A DNA stretch of 24,058 nucleotides from Candidatus Micrarchaeota archaeon. Its GTDB lineage: Archaea > Micrarchaeota > Micrarchaeia > Anstonellales > Bilamarchaeaceae. The notes below the pieces were generated by a model. The model was given only the letters and a program-made list of their open reading frames with translations, was not told the origin of the DNA and searched no databases. Each line of letters opens with the position of its first letter. Position 1 is the stretch's first letter. This document shows, one piece after another, positions 1 to 7,828 of this stretch. The position numbers and the translations under genes were made by a program. The stretch spans positions 1 to 24,058 of the forward strand of contig JBBITJ010000010.1 in NCBI GenBank assembly GCA_037440825.1, given 5' to 3'.

Positions 1-2439
1 TGCGGCGGAAGGGCGAAGGAATGCCCCGGTCATTTCGGGCACATAGAGCTCGTGCGCCCGGTGGTGCACGTGGAGTTCGGCAAGCACATTTACGGCGTTT
101 TGAAGTCGATATGCCCTGCATGCAAGAAGCTCATTGCCGACAAGCCGGTGGTTGCACTGGTGGAGAAGGATGACGAAGAGGAGCTCGCGGCCTCTGCGCC
201 GAAAACCGTTGATCCCAAGGAGGGCGCCATCGGAGATGCTGAGCACGCGGCGCACAACGTGGAAGCCAAGCCTGCAGAAGCGAAACCCGAGAAGAAGCCC
301 AAGGAGAAGAGGGGCGCCAGGAAGAAATGCCCGCACTGCGCGACCGAGCTTCCGGAAATCAAGTTCATAAAGCCCACTTCGTTCTACAAGGACAAGGAGG
401 AGATGCTCGCAAGCGAGATAAGGGACATGCTCTCCGGAATAAGCGACGACTCGCTCAGGAAGCTCGGATTCGACCCGCAGTACGCGAGGCCCGAGTGGAT
501 GGTTCTGAGCGCGCTTCCGGTTCCTCCGGTGAACGTGAGGCCCAGCATAACGCTCGAGACCGGAGAGAGGAGCGAAGACGACCTAACGCACAAATTGGTG
601 GACATAATCAGGATAAACCAGAAGCTCGAGGCGAACATAAACGCAGGGGCACCCCAGCTAATCATAGAGGACCTTTGGGAGCTCCTCCAGTACCACGTCA
701 CGACGTTCTTCGACAACGAGACCGCGAACATACCTCCGGCGAGGCACAGGAGCGGAAGGCCCCTGAAGACGCTCGCGCAGAGGCTGAAAGGAAAAGAGGG
801 AAGGTTCAGGTACAATCTGAGCGGAAAGCGCGTCAATTTCTCCGCCCGTACTGTCATCTCTCCGGACCCGCTGCTTTCGATAGGCGAAGTAGGGGTGCCG
901 CGCGAGGTTGCAGAGGAGCTTACAGTCCCCATTTCCGTGACCGAATGGAATCTGGAGCAGTGCAAGAACTTCATACTCGCAGAGGGATACCCCCACGCGG
1001 TTTACGTGATAAGGCCTGACCTTAAGAGGGTGAAGATAAGCGAGCTCACGAAGAAGGAGGCTGCGGAGAACCTCAAAGTAGGTTCAGTGGTAGAAAGGCA
1101 GATCATGGATGGGGACATCGCATTGTTCAACCGCCAGCCCAGCCTGCACAGGATAAGCATGATGGCTCATGAGATAAAAGTGCTTCCCGGAAAGACATTC
1201 AGGCTCAACCCTGCCGTAACAGCGTCGTACAACGCGGACTTCGACGGGGACGAGATGAATCTCCACATACCGCAGACGCCGGAAGCGCAGGCAGAGGCGA
1301 AGCTGCTCATGAAGGTGCAGGACCAGATACTTTCGCCCAGACACGGCCACGCGATAATCAAGCCGCAGGAAGATTACGTTTCAGGGCTCTACTTCCTCAC
1401 GAAGGAAGGCTCGTATTTCACGAAGAAGGAGGCGTCGAGGCTGCTCTACATAGCCGGCATAACCGAGCTTCCTGAGCCGAGCAAGGGCGAGCTCTATTCC
1501 GGAAAGGACATATTCTCCAAGCTCCTGCCCAAGGACCTGAACATAAAGATAAGCTCCAAGCTCGGCGAGGAGATAGTGATCAAGAACGGCAGGCTCATCA
1601 AGGGCACGATAGAGAGCAAGGCGATAGAGAACGACCTTCTCGAGCACGTGTTCACCCATTACGGTTCCGCGGAAACGAGGAAGTTCCTGGACGGCATCAC
1701 GAAAATAGCTTCGGAGACCATCACCATGAGCGGGCTCAGCGTTTCCCTCAGGAGCTACTCGCTCTCGCCCAAGGCTGAGCAGAAGATAAAGGACATCGAG
1801 GAGAAGATGAACCGCGAGATAGAGAACCTCATCATGCAGTACAAGAACAAGACTCTCGAGAGGGGGCCGGGCATGGGCATGCGCGAAACCCTCGAAAGCC
1901 TCATAATGCAGCTCACCTCGAAGACGAGGGATGAGATCGGCAAGGTGGTGGAAGAGGACCTCAGCATGGACAACTCATCCATTATCATGGCCAAGATCGG
2001 AGCCCGTGGAAGCCTCCTTAACGCGATCCAGATGAGCGCCGCTGTCGCGCAGCAGGCGGTCAGGAGCAAGAGGCCGAACCGCGGGTACAGGATGAGGAAC
2101 CTTCCTTTCTACTACCCAGGCATACTCTCGGCGAGGGAGAAGGGCTTCGTGTTCAGTTCGTTCAGGAAAGGGCTCGAGCCTGACGAGTTCTACCTGCACT
2201 CTATGGGAGGCAGGGAATCGCTGGTCAACACCGCGATCAGGACTGCGAGGAGCGGTTACATGCAGAGGAGGCTCATCAACGCCTTCCAGGATCTCGTGGC
2301 TTACCCTGACAGGACCGTGAGGGACGCCAACGGCATGATCGTGCAGTTCGTGTACGGCGGAGACGGGAAGGATCCGATGCTCGCAAGCAAGACCGAAGCG
2401 ATAGACGTCGCGAAGCAGGACGACGTGGACACCGCATGA
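1..2439 (+). CDS. rpoA1: DNA-directed RNA polymerase subunit A' (Rpo1N), 5'-truncated by the window edge
   Basis: Frame 1 is open from base 1 (CGGRAKECPGHFGHIEL). Contains RPEWMVL..LPVPP, RLKGKEGRFRYNLSGKRVNFSARTVISPDP, NRQPSLH, catalytic YNADFDGDEMN and bridge helix GGRESLVNTAIRTARSGYMQRRL. Confidence 0.99.
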   Translation, partial: CGGRAKECPGHFGHIELVRPVVHVEFGKHIYGVLKSICPACKKLIADKPVVALVEKDDEEELAASAPKTVDPKEGAIGDAEHAAHNVEAKPAEAKPEKKPKEKRGARKKCPHCATELPEIKFIKPTSFYKDKEEMLASEIRDMLSGISDDSLRKLGFDPQYARPEWMVLSALPVPPVNVRPSITLETGERSEDDLTHKLVDIIRINQKLEANINAGAPQLIIEDLWELLQYHVTTFFDNETANIPPARHRSGRPLKTLAQRLKGKEGRFRYNLSGKRVNFSARTVISPDPLLSIGEVGVPREVAEELTVPISVTEWNLEQCKNFILAEGYPHAVYVIRPDLKRVKISELTKKEAAENLKVGSVVERQIMDGDIALFNRQPSLHRISMMAHEIKVLPGKTFRLNPAVTASYNADFDGDEMNLHIPQTPEAQAEAKLLMKVQDQILSPRHGHAIIKPQEDYVSGLYFLTKEGSYFTKKEASRLLYIAGITELPEPSKGELYSGKDIFSKLLPKDLNIKISSKLGEEIVIKNGRLIKGTIESKAIENDLLEHVFTHYGSAETRKFLDGITKIASETITMSGLSVSLRSYSLSPKAEQKIKDIEEKMNREIENLIMQYKNKTLERGPGMGMRETLESLIMQLTSKTRDEIGKVVEEDLSMDNSSIIMAKIGARGSLLNAIQMSAAVAQQAVRSKRPNRGYRMRNLPFYYPGILSAREKGFVFSSFRKGLEPDEFYLHSMGGRESLVNTAIRTARSGYMQRRLINAFQDLVAYPDRTVRDANGMIVQFVYGGDGKDPMLASKTEAIDVAKQDDVDTA

Positions 2440-3519
<1,080 letters not shown>

Positions 3520-3540
3520 TGGTCAAAAAGGTGTGTTCAT

Positions 3541-4059
3541 ATGATAAAGAAGAAAAAGGGACTTGGAGTGGATGAGGAAGCAGTCAAGGAAGAGATCGAA
3601 GCTGCGGAAGAGATAGAGGCGGAAGAGGCAGCCGAAGCAGAGGAAACCGAAACGGAAAACCCGGAACAGGAAACCCAGGAAGAGGGCGAGGCTCCGAAGG
3701 AGAAGAAGCGCAAGGAGAAGAAGGCGGTGAAGAAGAGGAAATCCAGGAAGGAGAAGGAGAACCCTCTTGCGCGCGCCGTGCGCCTCGCAGTCGAGACCGG
3801 GAAAGTGGAATTCGGTTCCAAGACCGGGGTGAAGGATTCGCTGCTCGGCAAGGCGAAGCTCATAGTGGTCGCGTCCAACGCGCCCCGCGAGCTCCAGGAG
3901 GACATCCAACACTACTCAAAGCTCTCCAACATCCAGGTGCTCACGTTCGACGGCACCAGCATGGAGCTCGGCTCCATATGCGGAAAGCCGTACCCGGTGA
4001 GCGTGCTTTCGGTCTACGACGCGGGAAGCTCGGACATACTGGAACTCGCCAAGAAGTGA
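3541..4059 (+). CDS. rpl30e: 50S ribosomal protein L30e with ~73-aa acidic/basic N-terminal extension
   Basis: Core LAVETGKVEFGSK...AKLIVVASNAP...GTSMELGSICGKPYPVSVLSVYDAGSSDIL; canonical position between rpoA2 and nusA; SD-like AAGGTG before ATG 3541. Confidence 0.95.
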   Translation: MIKKKKGLGVDEEAVKEEIEAAEEIEAEEAAEAEETETENPEQETQEEGEAPKEKKRKEKKAVKKRKSRKEKENPLARAVRLAVETGKVEFGSKTGVKDSLLGKAKLIVVASNAPRELQEDIQHYSKLSNIQVLTFDGTSMELGSICGKPYPVSVLSVYDAGSSDILELAKK

Positions 4060-4063
4060 TTTT

Positions 4064-4516
4064 TTGGAACTCACAGGCGAAGAGCTCCAGCTCTTTTCAT
4101 ATTTCTCCAAGCTTAGCGGAGTGGAGGCCGTGGACTTCGAGAAGACGGAGTTCGGCCTCGTATTCCTGGTCCAGAAGCAGGACCTGGGAAGGGCGATAGG
4201 CAAGCACGGCTCCACTCTTGAAAGGCTCAGGAGGGCGATGAAGCAGAACGTCTTCGTGTACGCTGACAGTCCGGATCTGGAGGAGTTCGTGCGCAACCTG
4301 TTCAACAACATAGAGATAAACAGCGTGGAGATACGGGAGGCGATGGGCGAGAAAGCAGTCTTCCTCCACGTCCCGGAGAAGGACAGGGGCTTCGCGATAG
4401 GCAAGGATGGGATGAGGATAAAGATAGCCAAGCAGCTCCTCAAGAGGAAGTTCAACGCCACCATTTCGGTGAAGGCCAAGCGCGGCGTGATTGAGATGCC
4501 GCAGCCGGGTCAATAG
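4064..4516 (+). CDS. nusA: Archaeal transcription elongation factor NusA (two KH domains)
   Basis: Two KH GxxG loops (GRAIGKHG, GFAIGKDG); canonical position after rpl30e; TTG start. Confidence 0.93.
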   Translation: MELTGEELQLFSYFSKLSGVEAVDFEKTEFGLVFLVQKQDLGRAIGKHGSTLERLRRAMKQNVFVYADSPDLEEFVRNLFNNIEINSVEIREAMGEKAVFLHVPEKDRGFAIGKDGMRIKIAKQLLKRKFNATISVKAKRGVIEMPQPGQ

Positions 4517-4519
4517 ATA

Positions 4520-4527
4520 TTTATAAA
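4520..4527 (+). promoter_or_regulatory. TATA box of tRNA-Gly
   Basis: TTTATAAA ending ~33 nt upstream of the tRNA 5' end at 4560. Confidence 0.7.
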
Positions 4528-4559
4528 CATTTTTGCAGTAATTAGATAGCAATATTTTT

Positions 4560-4664
4560 GCGGTCGTAGTCTAGAAGCTCTCCAACCTGCAGTTTGGGCG
4601 CTGGACACTGGTAGGATACGGGATTGCCAATTCCGCGACCCGGGTTCAAACCCCGGCGGCCGCA
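4560..4664 (+). tRNA. tRNA-Gly(GCC) with a 32-34 nt intron in the D-loop (position 15/16 or 16/17)
   Basis: Acceptor GCGGTCG/CGGCCGC, D-stem GTCT/GGAT, anticodon stem CGGGA/TTCCG with loop TT-GCC-AA (GCC 4626-4628), T-arm CCGGG-TTCAAAC-CCCGG, discriminator A4664. Extra sequence at ~4575-4608 with a bulge-helix-bulge-like junction. CCA not encoded. Confidence 0.92.
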
Positions 4665-4673
4665 CTTTTTTCT
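4665..4673 (+). terminator. Oligo-T tract, probable archaeal terminator after tRNA-Gly
   Basis: CTTTTTTCT immediately after the discriminator base. Confidence 0.5.
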
Positions 4674-4698
4674 AAAATAATGCTGCCCTTGTAATGAT

Positions 4699-4739
4699 GG
4701 GCGGTTTCCAGTTTTCCGTTTCGGGACTGGAAAACGCCC
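4699..4739. repeat. Inverted repeat/hairpin whose 5' arm is three GTTTCCN-type heptamers
   Basis: GGGCG(4699-4703)/CGCCC(4735-4739); TTTCCAGT(4705-4712)/ACTGGAAA(4726-4733); heptamers GTTTCCA-GTTTTCC-GTTTCGG at 4704-4724. Confidence 0.75.
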
Positions 4740-4771
4740 GGTTTTGATAACCGACGCACAATTCGTTTTGC

Positions 4772-4844
4772 GGGAGAGTGAGCCAACCTGGTATGCTGTC
4801 AGCTTTGGGAGCTGGTTATCCCGGTTCAAATCCGGGCTCTCCCA
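4772..4844 (+). tRNA. tRNA-Pro(TGG), intronless
   Basis: Acceptor GGGAGAG/CTCTCCC, anticodon stem TCAGC/GCTGG with loop TT-TGG-GA (TGG 4806-4808), T-arm CCCGG-TTCAAAT-CCGGG. Confidence 0.93.
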
Positions 4845-4850
4845 ATCCCT

Positions 4851-4902
4851 GTTTTATGTTTTCAGTTCTCAGTTCCGAAACTCGCAACTCAAAACTCGAA
4901 AC
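4851..4902. repeat. Inverted heptamer array: four GTT-starting units followed by AAC-starting units
   Basis: GTTTTAT GTTTTCA GTTCTCA GTTCCGA then AACTCGC AACTCAA AACTCGA AAC, all in one 7-nt register. Confidence 0.75.
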
Positions 4903-4911
4903 CTTTATTTA
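4897..4911 (+). promoter_or_regulatory. BRE/TATA promoter of the geranylgeranyl reductase-family gene (probably leaderless)
   Basis: CGAAACC-TTTATTTA, with the TATA element starting 31 nt upstream of ATG 4935. Confidence 0.55.
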
Positions 4912-4934
4912 ATCGCACTCAGATTATTCGTTTT

Positions 4935-6047
4935 ATGAAGGTCCGAATTGTAGGCGCAGGTCCATCCGGCAGCGTAGCCGCCATCTCTGCAATCCGCGCT
5001 GGGCACGAAGTGGAGATGTTCGAGGAGCACGAAAAAGCGGGATACCCGCAGCACTGCTCCGGCCTCGTTTCAAAAGAAGGGCTGGAATCCCTCAAGGACA
5101 TGATTGATTACGAACCCTTCGTGCTCAACCGCATAAGCAGCGCAGTGTTGGATTTCGCAGGCGAAAGATTCGAGATCAGGAGGAAATCTGAGACCGCGTG
5201 CGTGATAGACCGCGCTGCGTTCGACCATGCGCTCGCGCAGCAGGCGGAGCGCGAAGGCGCAACCATACGGTACGGGACGCGTTATGTTCACAAGGCCGGA
5301 AACCCGGAACCAGAAACCATAATAGGCGCCGACGGCCCCCTTTCAGCTACAGCTGCGCATTTCGGATTCCAGAAAATAAGGAAATACGCGTTCACCCTGA
5401 AAGCTCATGCGAAAGTGCGCACAGAAGATCCGGGCAGGGTGTTCCTCTTCTACGACAACTCCCTTTTCCCGGGCTTCTTCGGCTGGCTCATCCCGTACAA
5501 CGAATACGAAGCCGAGGTTGGGATGGGCACCACCAGCCAAATGCATATGAAGAGCGGTTTTGCCCACATCCTGAAGATTACAGGCGCTGGCGAGCACGGC
5601 CCCCTGCAGGGGCGCATAATTCCATTGGAGCCAAGGGCGCAAATCGCAGGAGTTTTCGGGAACACGAATGTCCTCCTCGCAGGCGACGCAGCCGGCCAGG
5701 TGAAGGCATCTTCAGGGGGCGGAATCGTATTCGGAACCGCAGGTGCGCGCCTGGCAGGCGCGCTGGCGCATTCTCCGCACGAATACAGGCAGGAATGGGA
5801 AAGGCGCAACTCTGCGGACATGCTCGCGCACAGGTTCCTCCAGAATTTCTTCGCGCTCCAGCCCGGCTTCGTGCTCAGGCTCACTTCCTTGCTCTCGAAG
5901 CGCATGGGGCTGGACTACTTCTTCTCCCTGCACGGCGACATGGACCGCCCGACGAGGTCCGTGCACTCCTTCCTTTCGAAAGTATTTAATAGCGGCGTCG
6001 GCATAAATGTATCCGGTGACCAGGTTGGAACAGGAAAGGATATTTGA
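4935..6047 (+). CDS. Geranylgeranyl reductase-family FAD-dependent oxidoreductase
   Basis: N-terminal IVGAGPSG Rossmann motif, HCSGLVS, DRAAFD, IIGADG, PGFFGWLIP, LLAGDAAGQVKASSGGGI. Confidence 0.9.
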   Translation: MKVRIVGAGPSGSVAAISAIRAGHEVEMFEEHEKAGYPQHCSGLVSKEGLESLKDMIDYEPFVLNRISSAVLDFAGERFEIRRKSETACVIDRAAFDHALAQQAEREGATIRYGTRYVHKAGNPEPETIIGADGPLSATAAHFGFQKIRKYAFTLKAHAKVRTEDPGRVFLFYDNSLFPGFFGWLIPYNEYEAEVGMGTTSQMHMKSGFAHILKITGAGEHGPLQGRIIPLEPRAQIAGVFGNTNVLLAGDAAGQVKASSGGGIVFGTAGARLAGALAHSPHEYRQEWERRNSADMLAHRFLQNFFALQPGFVLRLTSLLSKRMGLDYFFSLHGDMDRPTRSVHSFLSKVFNSGVGINVSGDQVGTGKDI

Positions 6048-6576
6048 ATTCGCCGAGCAGGGTTCCCCGGCAACAGTCCTGCTTCCCATAGAGCCTTCCA
6101 GCTACAATTCCCAGCTCAAGAGGGTTATGAAGGGATTCATGGACAGCAAGAGTGGGGACGCGATCTACGTTACCTTCAACAAACCCGCCCATTCGCTTGC
6201 CCAGCTCTTCGGAGGGATGGACTACAGGAACCGGCTCATGTTCCTTGACGTGATATCCACGCACGTGGGCGAGAGGGCGGACCTGGACAACGCGTTCTTC
6301 ATCGCTTTCCCAGGGGACCTGACCGGGCTCATGGTGGCGCTCTCGCGCGCTCTCAAGATGCACAATTTCAGGTACCTGTTCCTGGACTCATTATCTGCGA
6401 TGCTGATTTACAACGACGAGCGCACGTCCATCCGCTTCCTCTATTCCCTTGCTGCCATGTGCAAGCAGAACTCGATGCATCTCATACTCATTTCGCCGCT
6501 TGACTTGCCGGACGCGTTCGCCAATTCGGTTTCCGCGCTGGCAGGAGCTAGATTGCCAGTCGCTAAAATAGCATAA
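6025..6576 (+). CDS. Inactive KaiC/RecA-like ATPase domain protein (DUF835/DUF7504-like)
   Basis: AIYVTFNKP, LMFLDVIS, PGDLTGLMVAL, YLFLDSLSAMLIYN...RFLYSL give the KaiC-like pattern with no Walker A. TTG 6025 has SD GGTGA 5 nt upstream; ATG 6007 is the alternative. Confidence 0.75.
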   Translation: MEQERIFEFAEQGSPATVLLPIEPSSYNSQLKRVMKGFMDSKSGDAIYVTFNKPAHSLAQLFGGMDYRNRLMFLDVISTHVGERADLDNAFFIAFPGDLTGLMVALSRALKMHNFRYLFLDSLSAMLIYNDERTSIRFLYSLAAMCKQNSMHLILISPLDLPDAFANSVSALAGARLPVAKIA

Positions 6577-6597
6577 TCAGTCTTTGCTCGTTTTCCT

Positions 6598-7119
6598 CTA
6601 ATGCTGCTGGTATTCCGAAACCTGGGATATGAACGCCGCGACCTCCTTGCTTTCCGTGCCGCTCGGCGCTATCACGAGGATTTTGTTCAGCTTCTTCGTG
6701 TACGCGATCAGTGCGTGGAGGAAGCGCTTCACGCTGCCAGCGTCCACGTACGTTTCCAGCCCTCCGAGCCCGTCTATGACCAGGAACTCTATTTCAGCGT
6801 TTTCCAGCACTTCCGTTATCACGACCGATATTTCCGTGAGGTCAGAGGGGTCCCTGAACACGAACAGGTTATCCTCTTTCATTATGGTTTCCTTCCCCAC
6901 CATGTCCAGGAAGAACAGCGAAGTCGGGTCTATGCTGCGCTCCCTGAGCCAGTCCATCACCTTGTTGTGCGGCTGGGTGATGGTGAAGTACACCCCGAGA
7001 GTCTTCCTCTTCGTTATGAACTCCGCGAGCACTTCGTTCAGCCCTTCCTTGGAAGGGGGCACGCTGACCACCGAGCCCGGAACGAGCTTTCTCAGCAGTT
7101 CTGCGTAATCATTCATCAT
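6598..7119 (-). CDS. Second inactive KaiC/RecA-like ATPase domain protein
   Basis: GVYFTITQP, LFFLDMVG, DPSDLTEISVVI, FLVIDGLGGLETY...KRFLHAL; same motif order as 6025-6576; no Walker A. Confidence 0.75.
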   Translation of the reverse strand: MMNDYAELLRKLVPGSVVSVPPSKEGLNEVLAEFITKRKTLGVYFTITQPHNKVMDWLRERSIDPTSLFFLDMVGKETIMKEDNLFVFRDPSDLTEISVVITEVLENAEIEFLVIDGLGGLETYVDAGSVKRFLHALIAYTKKLNKILVIAPSGTESKEVAAFISQVSEYQQH

Positions 7120-7423
7120 GAGTCCCCTCTGCCCTGTGGAAGCTTGATTGCCTTATCATGTAAAGCGCGATGAATATGGAGAGCGCGGATATTACCTGCG
7201 CCGTCTGCTCCATGAAAACGACCTTTAACGGGCTCATCTCGTAGCCCAGGAATGCGGACGCCACTTTGGCGATGTCGAAGAGCAGTACCACGCTGTGCCC
7301 CAGAAGTATTATCTTGAACGCCTCGCTCATCCGCCCCCTGGTGTGCCTCACCATGTAGAATGAGAACGCTATCACGGTTCCCATCGCAACGATCGCCGCA
7401 AGCGTTATCATGGTGTTAGCCAC
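7109..7423 (-). CDS. Small 3-TM membrane protein (paralog of 7416-7766)
   Basis: Three hydrophobic segments; GTG start after purine-rich GAGGGAGGG; overlaps both neighbours in operon fashion. Confidence 0.75.
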   Translation of the reverse strand: MANTMITLAAIVAMGTVIAFSFYMVRHTRGRMSEAFKIILLGHSVVLLFDIAKVASAFLGYEMSPLKVVFMEQTAQVISALSIFIALYMIRQSSFHRAEGTHDE

Positions 7424-7766
7424 TGCCCTCCCTCTTGAATTTGCCCGTGAATTTCACTATCTTGTCGTAGAGCTCCTTCTTCACCTTGTATATGGCCAGG
7501 AATACGGAAAGGGCGCTCAGCGCCTCTCCTACGTCGTTCAGCGGCTCGTGGATCGCGCCGTTGTTGAAAAGCTGCCCTATTATGCCCATGTCAGAAAGAG
7601 CGCTGACCAGGTGGATGAGCGTGAGCGGTATGTGACCTATCAGTATTATCCTGAACGCCGAGGCAAGGTTGCCTTTGGACTCCCTCACGGTCATGTACGA
7701 CGCATATATGACTAGAAGTATGGCTAGCCCTGCCGCAAAGTGTACTATCGCAGACGTTTCGTCCAT
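7416..7766 (-). CDS. Small 3-TM membrane protein (paralog of 7109-7423)
   Basis: Three hydrophobic segments plus a basic tail; shares AF[RK]IIL[IL]GH and SALS[VI]F[LI]A[IL]Y with its neighbour. Confidence 0.78.
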   Translation of the reverse strand: MDETSAIVHFAAGLAILLVIYASYMTVRESKGNLASAFRIILIGHIPLTLIHLVSALSDMGIIGQLFNNGAIHEPLNDVGEALSALSVFLAIYKVKKELYDKIVKFTGKFKREGSG

Positions 7767-7796
7767 CGCCCTTCCCTTCGTTCAACTACCGCGCAA

Positions 7797-7811
7797 AACC
7801 TTATAAAGGTT
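7797..7811. promoter_or_regulatory. Palindromic bidirectional TATA box between the KaiC-like gene and the TM/inactive-KaiC operon
   Basis: AACCTT-ATA-AAGGTT reads TTATAAAG on + (starting 28 nt before ATG 7829) and TTTATAAG on - (starting ~41 nt before ATG 7766). Confidence 0.7.
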
Positions 7812-7828
7812 CTAACGAATTTCATTGC

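Noticed and set aside
4694..4747. Possible C/D-box sRNA (ATGATGG ... TTGA)
   Set aside because: Both boxes deviate from RUGAUGA/CUGA, no C'/D' boxes are visible and the interior is a closed hairpin.
4851..4902. CRISPR-like array
   Set aside because: Units are 7 nt with no unique spacers, and there are no cas genes.
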